DNA of 56,021 nt, counting the filler, from Sphacelaria rigidula (lineage: Eukaryota), in the NCBI GenBank assembly GCA_964200075.2. It is 2 parts of 2 records of this genome, joined end to end, with 100 filler letters (N's around TTAATTAATTAA, not from the genome) between each part and the next. Parts side by side here need not be neighbours in the genome. Positions count along the whole stretch, not along the records: positions 1 to 27,973 come from CAXNAA020000107.1; positions 28,074 to 56,021 come from CAXNAA020000108.1. One strand, 5' to 3'. The notes beneath the pieces are model-generated. The model ran no database searches and was not told where the DNA came from. It saw only the letters and a program-made list of their open reading frames with translations. Shown here piece after piece: positions 23,401 to 36,100 of the stretch. The translations under genes and the position numbers were made by a program. How positions within the stretch are numbered: position 1 is the stretch's first letter; the number at the start of each line of letters is the position of its first letter.

Positions 23401-25921
23401 CAGGAGGGGATTACGACGTGCTAGTTTACCGCCTGTGGCACAAGCACAAGATGTAAATGATCACCACCACTGTCTACAAGCTGGCTAGATGATGGCCTCG
23501 GGTGTACAAATCCCCAGATTTTTTTCGTTCGACTAGAAGGTGAGGTTTTGAAAACTGTATTTTTTTTTCAAGTTACCAAGTAAAGTCGTCCGCCCGAACT
23601 TTTTTTGTTACCTTCATTTAGTCTCAAGAAGCAGCCTTAATACATTTGATTTTTGGCGGCATACGGGCCTTGGGGAATTGGGCCTCCTGTGAAAAAATCG
23701 CCACGCGGTGCGGTATACACACTTGACTGTTGGAAAAATCATGTTACTCCGACCCATCATTTGCGCGATACCGAACATAGCTGGGTCAAGACACACAACC
23801 AGCGAAGGTATACACCGCTCGACCAGCTGGGCCAGACCCCGTGCTCCGATTGAACGAACAACGCACAGCACAGTAGTGCGGATATACTGCATCGCCAGGG
23901 TGCTACTTGCATCCGTCAGCTTGACGGCTGATGGGCTGGCATCGGCGCCAGCGCTCGCGGTCAGGGGAAGACACGACCAGCCATGGTAAGATGGGGATAT
24001 ACCGATACACGAGCATCGCGATGACCCACTGTTGTGGCGGCAATGTACTACTCGCTGTCTGCTTGCACCTTCGTTTCGCTGCTGCTGTTCTATCCGTCCC
24101 GGCGTACACTACAGGTTTGAATCGAATCTGTGAGCCAATCACCAGCATTCTTCACTACGAAGGTCGCATTTCATTGACGCTAGATTCCGCCGGTTCATTA
24201 CTCAAGGGCCTCTGGTTGAATTCCACATCTCACTACAAAAATATATCCAAAGATCTATATACGGGCGTTGTGCCTTCCAAGAGGATTCTAGCGCAGGCTT
24301 AGAGTCTTTCGTGCGCCCAATTTACTTTTGGCCGGATTCCCCTTTGTTCGGTCGCCCCCCAAATCTTCGAGTTGTCGGGAAATCCTTTTTTTGATTATAG
24401 GAAGCGGCCTCGGTGGTTATCGCGGAATATTCTTCCATGATTCGAGAGCATGAGGCACCGAAATTCGGATTTTCAGGAAGGCTGGTTACAGTCTCAAGTG
24501 CTCCCTGCTAGCGCACCCATAACGCGTTCATCCCTAATTATGGCTCATTTGAGGTCTACCAACGCACACTTTGCTTGGAGTACAGTTTGCACCCCCCTTG
24601 CCCGAAGTTTCTCGGTGTCCCTTGGTGTTGGGGTAAGGCCCAGGGTTGGCGTTATTTCAAAATCATACATTTCCGGGAAACTTCTCCACCCCTGGTGCAT
24701 TCCTAACTGGGCAACCGGTGTGACCATTAGTCGCTGTACTGGTGTGGTTTCGCCTTGATAGTCGTTCTTATTTTCACGGGTGCCACGAGAGTGGACATGT
24801 ACCTTGGGCTTCTTCTAGTGACCGGGGCTGCGGACCTCAGCATGAACCTGAGCACTCCAGTACTGTAGCTGCTAGGGCCAAGACTTGCATCTCGGGGGTG
24901 AATCGGTGATCCGATGAGGATGTAAAAGTGCCACGGGCGCTCGGCCAGCGCTGAAAGGGTTAAACCTACTTTCGGGTGTGCATGTGTACCGTTCTGTATC
25001 GGGTTTAGAAACGCACGAATGGTGCAAGCGCAGGTCGGATAGGGTATACTGTACCCGATAATATAGCATTTTGGGAAAGTGAAGATCCGACCCACATCCA
25101 CAGCAGCAGCCAGCCCAGTGCTGTTGTTCTCCTTTCGAGAGCCTATGCAAGTCATCGTGAATTCGTTGGGCAGGTGATGTGAGACTTTTCAAAATACGAA
25201 AATATTGGGTATACACTACTCGACCTGCCCTCGAAATGGCCGTCTGTGTAATCAGGGGACGTTCTAAAAGTCTGCGATCACAGCTGACCTGGTGACCCTC
25301 ATCCAACAGACGGCGACACAAGTGCGATCCCAAAAATCCAGCTCCTCCGGTTACTGAGAAGAACAGGTACACGCAAACGGGAACGACGACACACGGAGAG
25401 ATGACGTGTTACTGTTGTTCTATATATTTTGTTGTGTTGTAATGCACAGGGAAAAAACTACCTGCACGACAATTTCCGTTCAGTCGGCGTAACCCATGCC
25501 ATGAGCGAGAGGCGTGCGTTCTCATCTCTACACGACGAAACTCGTTCGCGATTTCTCCTTGCAAGAGTATGTATCCACAGAATCTGTCGCGCCTGGCTCT
25601 CAAAAAGGTCGAGTTTCATGGCGCATGTGCAACTTTGTGTCGACGACCAGGCGATCGTCCGATAAAGCGCTCATGGGTTATGGGTGCACAATTTGTCTAC
25701 TCGTACGCTATTATACTGGAACCATGTTTGTAGTTTGCAGTTCTCTGTAAACTGGACGGTCGTCAAAAACGTGAACGGGGTATAACCGCTCGTGACATAA
25801 CAAAACGCAATGACCATGAAGCACATCAAAAAGAGCAAGGAGTCTCACCCAGTACTCTCAAAAAGGGGTTGGCCTCGGCCTCCTTTATCCTCGCTTTGAA
25901 CTCATTCTGTGTTGCAGCCAT
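17401..25921 (-). CDS. UXS1: UDP-glucuronate decarboxylase / UDP-xylose synthase, soluble type, 11 exons, 363 aa
   Basis: Exons 25921-25849, 25353-25289, 21642-21595, 21317-21177, 21030-20950, 20607-20544, 20121-19990, 19150-19005, 18852-18739, 18203-18094, 17518-17401 (1092 nt, all GT-AG, phases consistent). Motifs: [52 protein letters not shown] (YxxxK), [42 protein letters not shown]. No N-terminal TM segment. Confidence 0.96.
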
Positions 25922-26092
25922 GTTGTCAGTGGTTGTTCCTGCGCGTCCTTGTGTTGTATTGTCCGGCTATGTGGCGTGTGACGGACGGTGCGGAGGGTGC
26001 GATGAAGATCGTTTGGGATATCTCACATCGATACTAGTTCTGACCACCAAGGTTCAGTCATAATCCATGTATTTTTTAGATAGAACATTTTT

Positions 26093-26121
26093 CTCCGACC
26101 AAGCTCCGACCAAGCTCCGAC
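26093..26121. repeat. 11-bp tandem repeat ~170 bp upstream of the UXS start codon
   Basis: CTCCGACCAAG twice, followed by CTCCGAC. Confidence 0.8.
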
Positions 26122-27302
26122 ATTATCTCTTACTATCAACGACACAAAATTAATCAATCAAGCATATCGGTTGGAAAGGTGGCGCCTGAGCCGCAGTTTA
26201 TCACCATACCATCCTGCCTGTAGTGTATATCTTATATTACGTATTATGTTTTTTCTCGCGCTATTTGTTAGCGGGATTTGTTATCATCATCCAAGTACAA
26301 TACCGTGCGGAAATTACCGTCTGCAGCACACGGGTGTTTTCCTCTCGACGGGGATGTGCCGTTGTCCAGGAATCTTCAATCTACAATCTCCCTATCGCGG
26401 GTCTGAATGAGGACCCTGATGGGGTGACTAAAACGATACTGGGCCGCTGTACTGAACTTGGTACAAGGGTACGCTCACGACAAATCAATCTACAATCTGC
26501 ACTCACGCAGAGATGATAGCGACGCGGAGGCGACAGGCGCCACGAGGATTGAAGCAGTGAACAAAATGAAGGTATATGCGAATTGATACCTGTGCTTGTT
26601 ACGGTTTTTCTCTCTGTTGTTGTTTTGTGCTCCCTTGCTCTTACCCTCTCACAGCGTTTGAAAGTGTCTCGTATTCTCCATTACTCAAGTCGATCTCCCA
26701 CTCCGAAATCGCCCGTATCACTTAACTCTATACGGATGTTCGTACTGATATCGCATCTGTCTGTGGTTATATTGGGCACAAATCTACGACAGTGCCAAGC
26801 TACGGGGGGGGGGGTCAAGACAGGATGGATCAACAGCAACGATTTTTGGTTACGGCAGGTATGGTACTGCCGCCGAGAGAGTTGTAAAAACTCGCGAATT
26901 TTACCCCTGGCGTGCTTGTTGCCCTTCAGCTGTAACTGCAACTCTACACGTCAGCACCGCAATCACTTTCCAGCGATTCCGAGCGTCAAAGCTGGCGTCC
27001 TTGTAGTGTGATGCTCTGCCTAGACTCTCAGTCCCCAAGCGATCACTTTATGTACGCGGGACATGTTCATGTCCTAGATCGCACAACAGCTGGCATAGGC
27101 ATCAGAATACCCTTGACCTCACGAGCGGGTGCGGAAATCACCTACATTCTGAGAATCGACTTCGCTTTTATATTTGGCAGGATCACTTCCCATCCGCCAT
27201 AGCCTTAAAGTGTACCCGCGGCTGACGTCGCAACGCTCAGCCACAGCAATATCAGTCAAGGCGGTGTGTTTGCCAGCGATAATCTTCGAGGATATAAGGC
27301 CG

Positions 27303-27512
27303 TGTCCTGTCGAAACCAAAAAAAGAAGCTGGAAGAGCAATAAGTGTCCAAAAGCTGCATGTTGATTAGTCGCGGCAAGGGTGGCCGACGACTAATACAC
27401 TTGCCCGGCGACTAATCAACATGCTGCCGGCCACCCTTGCCGCGACTAATCAACATGCTGCTGTTGGATGTTTGTTACTCGTCCCTCTTCGTTTTTTGGT
27501 CTTGATGAGACA
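27303..27512. repeat. Fold-back element with a perfect 31-bp inner inverted repeat
   Basis: GCATGTTGATTAGTCGCGGCAAGGGTGGCCG (27357-27387) is the exact reverse complement of 27428-27458. Diverged outer arms (ACCAAAAAA.GAAG / CTTC.TTTTTTGGT) extend the stem. Confidence 0.85.
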
Positions 27513-27973
27513 CAGACTGAAAATGTTGACAAGTGATACGTTGCCAATAAAGGTCCGCCGACCGGGATAGAGTTTCGTCGTTGGACCTGGTAATGGAAGA
27601 TTAGTAACTCGCAATTGATGGTTCTCGAAAAAAATATAGTTGGTTATTTTACACAGCATATTCACAGCATATACTCGACATCTGATGATGCAGCCCACCA
27701 AAACAGTGCTTCACTTAAATACAATTGCTGATACACCTAAGATACACGGATGTGCCTAGTCGGAGTCTGGAACCCCTGTCTGTTTTTTTTTATACTGAAA
27801 TTCGTACGAGCTGGGCCACCCTAAAAGCGGCTAAAAGTTGCTCACACCACAGCTTTCCTAATTTCCCGAATGAACCCGATGTAAGGATATCACTGTGAAC
27901 TGCAGACCCACCTGATGACAAAAGACTGCGTCGCTGTTCGATTGGCGTCGTATTGCCGATGACGTTATTGTAC

Positions 27974-28073
27974 NNNNNNNNNNNNNNNNNNNNNNNNNNN
28001 NNNNNNNNNNNNNNNNNTTAATTAATTAANNNNNNNNNNNNNNNNNNNNNNNNNNNNNNNNNNNNNNNNNNNN
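27974..28073. other. Artificial scaffold linker: 44 N + TTAATTAATTAA + 44 N
   Basis: Exactly 100 nt and symmetric. The core gives stop codons in all six frames, as contig-joining spacers do. Confidence 0.95.
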
Positions 28074-30135
28074 AGCCTAGGGATTGATTCGTCACGAGTC
28101 GATTCATCATACTAAAACCAAGCAATTTCCACACGAATTATTATTTATCCGACCCTTGAAAATAATGAAAACTACAAATCAAGCTTTCACCATTTAACCA
28201 ACTTTGCTGTATGTAACAAAATCATCAGAGGCCAACGACAGAAAAGGGGAATATACAGGAGGACCTACTTCATGTAGCTGGTTGCAAGTGCGTAAACTTT
28301 GTTACTCATCGCGTGGTGCACATGAAAACAATGGAGTACACTCGCCACCATATATGTACAGCGAAACTGGCAAAGCTGACCATCCTATTGAACCACACAC
28401 CCCACAAACCCTCTTCACCCGCTTCATCTTGGGGTTGAACGTCATTCTTCCAACACCGCGTGGCCTCCGACGTATGAGCGTGCGAGCATGTAGAATACAG
28501 CGAACGTCTGCATCGTACGGCACTGATGAAAAAATAGCGGACGACGTACTTCGAAACAGAACAACAGTCACTCCCGAAACACCCGCTGCCCAATTTCATA
28601 CCAAGACTTCGTAGCTACTGCAGCGTAGCTTACCACAAACGACACCAGCACATCGACCACCACAAATAGCAAAACGCGATATTTCGCGGCCTTCCATAGC
28701 TTGCTATTGCTATCCCTCTACCCTCCCTTCCTTACAGAGAACCACATTCACTGATCTTCACACATCAACACACAAATCCAGACGACAGCTCAGGTCTTCG
28801 ACTCGATATGATTCATTATGCAAGTGCATGTATCCCACTTGGGTTAAAAGGGACTGCGCCACGAAAATTTGCACAACGGCCACATGTGGACCATGTCACT
28901 CTCCTACTCCGAACCGGAGGAACAACATATGTGCCCTTCCCGCGCCACCTTGATGCATTCACTTGTTAGCAGCTCAGAGAAAGAGGGGCGACGGGCGAGG
29001 AACGGCGGGGTAAAACCGCCAACATATACATACAAGAATCACATAAGAAAACCACGTGCATGCCTATGTGTGCCGGCATATTACTGTCCACGAGAAGGGG
29101 GATGTCATCCAACGTACATATTCAAGGTCTTCCTACCTGAAAAAAAATCAGACCATAACAATGGCGGCTTTACCGAAACAACTTTGCCAACGTCACGAAA
29201 ACCCGCGGCACAGTGCAGCATCCGGACAGCCTCAGCTACGTCGGATGGGAACACGCATCACAGACCCAAACCGGATAGGGGTACAGTTGGTGCCGAGTGC
29301 GTGCACCCTGCAAAATCGAAACCTTCTCCAGTACCTCTAGCAACTGCTCGCGTACCAAATGAAAACTGAGGGTCAAGAATTTGCTTGGGGGTATCACAGC
29401 AGTCTAGAATGAACGCAAGACCAACGTTGAAGAACAAAATTGATTAACTCAAACAAGCCACTTCGCCTTGAGGCAGACACGACACTCGAGACTACACTAC
29501 AGTTCTTCATGCAGCATGAGTCACCGTCACCACCGCCGTGTCAACGCGTTCGCGCATCAGTCGCAAGGTCTGGGCGCAAAAAAACAATCCAAAGCGTGGA
29601 CCGGAGTTTCTGTGTGTCTTGTCGCCGAAATCGGAGCAAGCAGATAAAAACATCTGCAAGCGGCCACGACGAGAAAAACGACAAAAAACACCAAAAACAA
29701 GACGTATTTGAAAGCATGACAACACGAATGTTGCGACATTAGCTAAAGAACCACAACAATCGCTGAGATACGACGTAAATAACAACAAACCTCGTGCACG
29801 TGCACGTCACCTGATGGAAAGCACGCGCCGTGCAGCGGCGCTCGTAGAAATCACAACTACAAAGTCATGTGACCCCTCCACCTCTCCACCCCCCCTTGCT
29901 TAAAATACACAAGAAGAAAATCGAAGAGAGAGTGCGTATGTACGTGTGTGTGTATTTGTATTTGGGGTGAGACAAGGCAAAGCAAATTCGCGCAACGATC
30001 TTTCGCGCTGAATTGCGATTGCGATGCGATACCACCAAACCCAAACATATCATCAATCCAAAATATGTAGAACACGGGCCATATTACTTTATTTGATATA
30101 TATCTAAGGTAACCACCGCACTTTTGAGTCACCGT

Positions 30136-33100
30136 CTATATTTCTCCCGGCGGTATCCACGAGCTTTGTCGAACGGCAAGCGGTCGGGATTTCGGCCGTC
30201 CTACAGGAGCAACCCGTCCGCACGCTAGACACGAGTTCTGCCCGTTACTGTTCTCAAACGTGCACTGGCAGGTCCAGCTCTTTCCGGCCTCGAGCATAGC
30301 GCTCCTTTTCCCACTTGACGACCGCCAATCCGGGAGCGAATCCTGCCGCGCGATACTCAAACGTTGACTTTGACTCTGGCCGGACATGAATCGCGGACCG
30401 CCTACGGTCGACCCCATGCCCTCCGATCCCACATTTCTAGACGACGTCCACTTTTTCTCAACAGCCCTCAGCAGCGCTTCTTCGAACGTGGTATCGTCCT
30501 TCGATCTCTCGCTCTTACCGTTTGAGCTCGGGGTCACGAGAGCTTTTGCCGCGTTGGCACCGCTACTGCCAGGGACTTGGAGCGGCGACGTCGTTGCCCC
30601 ATCCCACAGAGACCCCGCCCTCTCGAACTGACGCCCAGCTGGTGGTGCCCCTGCAGCGACGATGTTGAGCGGGCTGACAGCAGGTGGGAGGTTCGCGCCG
30701 TTTTGTACAGGTTGCGAACCTAATTCCGTCGGCTCGGACCACAAAACGTCACCTGACGTCGCTCGGCTGCGGCTGCCGTTGTTCGCGGGCGGCCGATCTG
30801 GTCGAGACAGAGTTTCTGGCAGAGCGAGTTCACCTGCCCGCCGGTGATGAAGAGTGTCATTCCCGTTGGCCGTACTGCGGCCGTACTCTCCGGTTTCGTT
30901 GCTGGTGATCGAGGTTTGACGGCTGCGGAGCAAGCCCGCGTTTCCGGGCATCATTTCCACCCCGAATTCCTCCGATGAGCTCGAGTACACTGCTGCTGCT
31001 GCTGCTGCTGACTTCGTCCTGTGGTGAGACTTGGGGCCAGCAGTACCCATGTGGCCGACATCGGGCAATATCCACTTCGGGGCGGTGGTGTCATCTTTGT
31101 TGTTCTTGCTGTCGTAGACGTGAGCGTGACCGGCGGCTGCGCCAGTAATGTCGCCATTGACAGTTTGTGCTGTCTCATCATCCCCAACCCCGCCTCCATA
31201 CACCGCTTCCTGAGCATGACCCGCGGCTGCGCCATTAGTATCGTCCTTCACAGTTTGCGGCGTCTCGTTGTCCCCGCCCCCGCCTCGATACACCCCGTCG
31301 CTTGGGTCCATGCCCTCGTCGTCCTTTCGCCTTTTTGCACCTTCCTTCCCGTAAATGATGAAGCACAAACGGGCGACGCATATAGCACCCACAAAAGAGC
31401 CCAGCTGTATCGATGGCCGTGAGGGAAATGCGTAAAAAAACATGGACGAACATACACACACACACACACACAGGTGTTGCACAAACATACGGTCGTGGAG
31501 AGAGATTGGGTTGGCCCAACGAGAGAGTAAACAGAAGGCACACGTCTCATCCCCGGGTTCCGGTGCGAACGCCTTGCTTGTCATTGTGCACGCCTACAGT
31601 AAACAAACATGTTACATATTTCCCCTGCATTTAGCTCACGAGCTGAGCCGCCATTGGCCCGAATACCATACCCGGGGAATTCCTCAAGACCGGTACTTTA
31701 GCGCAAAGCTATCCACTACGCTGAAGCTCAGGAAGGCGGTCACGTGGTCCAACGATATCAACGTGTCGATCCTACAGGAAACTATCAAACCGTCACGATG
31801 TATCAACCACAATTGGCAATCCAACTTTTCGTCAGAAGCCTTCGACTCCCATCGCGCTCTGACACAAAGTCCACTGCATATTCATCTCCTTACCGCACCG
31901 GTCCGGTCCGGAACACAACGCGCCGATCATCATGATATACAACCCTCGCCCCGAACTCACCGAGATGTATATCCACGTGAAGAAACTTTCACCATCCTCT
32001 GGCATGACAGGAGCCGCGGTGGGCACGGGCGTTGGCGCCATAGTAGGCGCCGGCGTCGGCACAGGGATGTACACCCTCAAATAATTGAAGTTAAACATCG
32101 CCGAATCCACACAAAACAAAATGCGGTGCGTACCGGCGGGAATCCATACTTCCTCAGCCCCTGTTAGCGTGAACGCCTCCCATGATCCCGTGTAACCGAA
32201 CGAGGCGGGTCCACCCAGCAGGTCGACGCCGCTTGCGCCCATCCCGTCAGTGCCATTAGCCGTGACGGTGGTGCAGTTCGTCGCGTTTGCGAGGATACGG
32301 AAAGTGTTAACGCTGTTCTCCACACCGGATGCTACTGATGCCATCACGTCCCAGTAACCTGCCTCCTCTGCGTACGACGTGTACGCCAACCACTCACCCT
32401 GTTTGTTTTGTTTATTTTCGTCAGTGATTTTTCGTGAGGCGGGGGAGAGCAAGGATACCTTGCACAGCTGTGAGAAGTAACAAAATGGGTGCTCACATGC
32501 AGCAGCGAAACATGCGTCGTGCATTAAGCGACTGTCAGGGAGTCAAGACGCCGCGCTTCCCGCTGCCTAGACATGAAGAACCTAGCACGCCGGCACCAGC
32601 TACAAGGCGAGAGCACAAGCACCTCTCTTACCACCTAGAGCTGCACTACGGACAACGGAAAGGACGACGCCACGCCATGCCATGCGAAGCATCGCAGGGC
32701 ATCGGACAAAAATATTGATCTTTTCGTTTTATTCCTCGCGACGCCGAGAGTCTTCCCCGTAACCCTGTGCTAAAAATTTGAAAACGCTGCCAAGCGACGC
32801 CTCAAGCGCAAACTGATGCAGTAGTCGAAACCAGCCATCATGTCCACCATGACATCGCCCATCGTCTTACTGTTATCATGCTCGCGCCGTGAAAACAGCA
32901 TGTCAACCCGAGATGGAGATGGGCCTACAAAAGTTCAGCAAGAGTAGAAACGCTCAAACAACCAGGGTACCTGCACCCGACCCATACCCTTCGGCATGAT
33001 CTGTCGGCACCCGACTCACCGCGCTAACATGGCCAATGTACTGTCCGTGGTCCGCCCTCGACTCGGCCTCGATGACGCCCACACCGTCTGCCGGTCTGAT

Positions 33101-36100
33101 ATCCGAATCTCCCGATCTCTCCTCCGGTTCAATCTCGTGGAAACCCACCTAACGTTGCAATATCGACAAAGTTCAAAACACAGGAAATACGCTATTTGGT
33201 CATTTTCCGCACTTTCTCTTCTCAATTTTCTCTCCACCATCGTCTATCCATTCTCCGTCGTCCCTCTTATTTTCTGAGTTGTATTTGTGTTTTGCGTCTC
33301 GCCTGCACAAAGCTGGAGGCTGAAAGTGGGTACCTGATAGCGCGGTCTCCAGAGAGCCGAGTGACAACCTGCTTCCACGACCTCGCCTGTCGTACAGCCT
33401 CTATAATTAAAGCCCTCAGAGCGGCCCACCAGGGTTGTTCTCAGGATCGGTTCTTACTGCCTAGCGGATTTTCTTCTCAATCTCTCTCAAGTTTTTCATT
33501 TCGTTTCTCATCGGTTTTGCCAGGTTTCTCCCAGCGACTGTTACCGTTCACTCACCCTTACTGACCCCTGAGTTCGTTTGTCTTGCCACCATGGCTGCAT
33601 TCGAAATGGATAGGGTAATGCCCGACAATTTACCGATAAACCGATGAATAAATCAATCAATTGAGTTAGAGCATTTTGTCTATTGCTATTTTTTGGTCGC
33701 CAACAACCAATCAACATCACTTCTTGTCACCCCCCCCCCCCCCCCCTTATAAATATCCTTTTTTTTTTTATTTATTTACTCTAAATTCATATTANNNNNN
33801 NNNNGCCAGGTGGTTTTCATCTCGCTCTCGCGGCATGTAGAAACTTCCATCCTTTCGCCCCCCCCCCCCCCCCCCTCGTATTTCGTGAACTTTTTTTTGT
33901 ACACATTGTCATGTCACCGATGCCAGCAAACAGCCACAAAAAATGTCTGCTTCGATGACTCAAGCCGCTTGAGAGCTTACTTCGATACACAGACCCGTCA
34001 CACAAGGGTGCTCCAGCGGGCACAGACTTCTACTGAATGCTCCGCAGCATCAATGCCTGATCAGTGCGGCCAGTGCGGCAAGCATTCGCCTCCACCGAGA
34101 CGTGACTCACCCGTCGACGCGTGCCTTCATATCTCACACGAGCGGCGAGCACTATCGAAATACATCTACAGACGGTACGGTACTACACATATCATGGACG
34201 AACAACTAACTGCAGGATGAGGATATTGAAGGTGATCTCACGTGCCCAACCCACGCAAGTCGAGTGAAGCGCAAGTCTCCCCTCTTGGGGCGACCCGCCC
34301 GCCGCACGAGCAGACTTTCAACCAGAGTAACTGTATCATAACGCCATTGCACGGGTGAAAAGCGTATGCGTGCCTTTCACCACAGCGCGACGAACGTAGT
34401 GTTCGCACAATCAGACTTCACACACAACACCGTCTGTATCACGGTGTCTTACAACAGAAATGGTGCCTTATCGCCGACATGCCCAGACAAACACACGGGA
34501 CACGGTGCTTCCACTCACCCCCTCGCCCCCGTAGTCATAGAATTCCGCCTCAATGTATCCGGGTAACGCCCACGGCTCTCCGAACATGTAGGGTCTCGAT
34601 GTTCCACGGGAGCATTCTAGCTCAGGTGTCGCAATGGAGCCAGCTGAATCGCTGGAGCCGTTGTTCTGGAATACCGGTGACATGACGTGAGGCGATTGGC
34701 ATAAGGATAACAAGCGACCAACATGAACATGAAGACTAAACCAGTGCTGAGTGTAAGGCTGTACAAAATCAAGTGCACACAGAAGGAACGAGCGACGGTT
34801 GGCTCGTCATTTGCCAATGTTTACACAATAGTGTCAATTTTTCGGAACATGAAACAAAGCATGGCCCCACGAAATATAACGATACGGGTATGCCGCAACT
34901 AGATTCAGACACTGCTTCAATTTGCTAGGTAAGTCGCATCCGGCGATGATGTTCAGGCTAGAAAGAGGGCGTTGTAAGCAACAGGGGGCCGGGTGGAGAG
35001 TAGCAATAACAAAGTAGTCTGCGGCGCAGTCAGTCACTGCAAGATATGATGGACCAACAAAGCACGGCAAACAGCGAAAAAGGCACAGTCGAACAAGGAA
35101 AGGGTGCAGTAGACGGACAGCACCCAACTTCCAACAAGGTGCGTTCCCTCTTCTGAGCAGCCACAAAAACGATGCCGGCAGGAGAGCACCTTTGGTAGCA
35201 TACATAGCATGCCCTCATCACCCGTCTCCGCCTCTCCTCGCTGGCTAGCTTCATGTGATAAAACACTACTGTACCTGAATCACTGACATCACCCACTTTG
35301 TGCACCATACATTTCGCACCTCCACTATACCGTGCATTCGCACAGACGAAAGTCCCTAGTGATGTCTTCATGAGATCAGATTTTCTTCACGAGGGCGACG
35401 CTGTCATGGTCACCCCCAAACCTGTACTCATGACTTTCTGTGGCGATGTCATCTTGCCGAAACAAGTTTTGTGATTAATCTAGGACTTTACGCCGCTCGT
35501 TAGGGCAGCAAGAATGAGAATCTGGAAAAGTGCTTCCTTGGAGCTTTTACGTCGTCTTACGCCCTAAAAGAGAGCTAAGCGGATGTTGACACCTTGGAAT
35601 GCCTTGCTGTACTCGTTGAGACGGATTCAGCACACCTTTTCGTTTTTTCCGGTGACAGCAATTTTTTCCTGCCCAAACTTGCATTTTTCTCGGAGATCGA
35701 TCAAGTCCAGATAAATCTCGGAAATTGTTCTGCACTCGACCATCTCCGAGAAAATGAGCGGTCTCCGAGAAAACTACAAGGTTGGCCAAAACAAAAGACA
35801 GCGACCACCCGAATAACGCACAGGTGTGCTGGAACCGTCTCAACGAGTACAGCAAAGCATTCCAAATTGTCAAAATCCACCAAGCTCTCTTGTAGGGCGT
35901 ACAACGACGTAAAAGCTCCAAGAAGGCACTTTTCCAATTTTTCATTTCGTCTGCTACGAGGACCCGCCTGAGACCAGAAAAGGTATCTCTTCACGTTTTT
36001 GCCTGTAACGGGTACTATTTCGGGCAAGATGTGCATAATTAGAAAAAGATTCAGAAACACCATTTCTATCGGAATTTATCAGGCATGCGCTGCACCTGTA

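Noticed and set aside
23500-25217. TIR element filling much of the large UXS intron
   Set aside because: Putative ends match only weakly and no TSD could be identified by eye.
27974-28073. TTAATTAATTAA palindrome as a biological site (e.g. piggyBac TTAA target)
   Set aside because: It is centred in exactly 44+44 Ns, which marks an artificial linker.
31405-31584. N-terminus of the 482-aa ORF 30136..31584 as a standalone gene start
   Set aside because: This stretch contains a (TG)n tract and a pyrimidine-rich acceptor; splicing at 31404 completes the TM helix begun in the previous exon.
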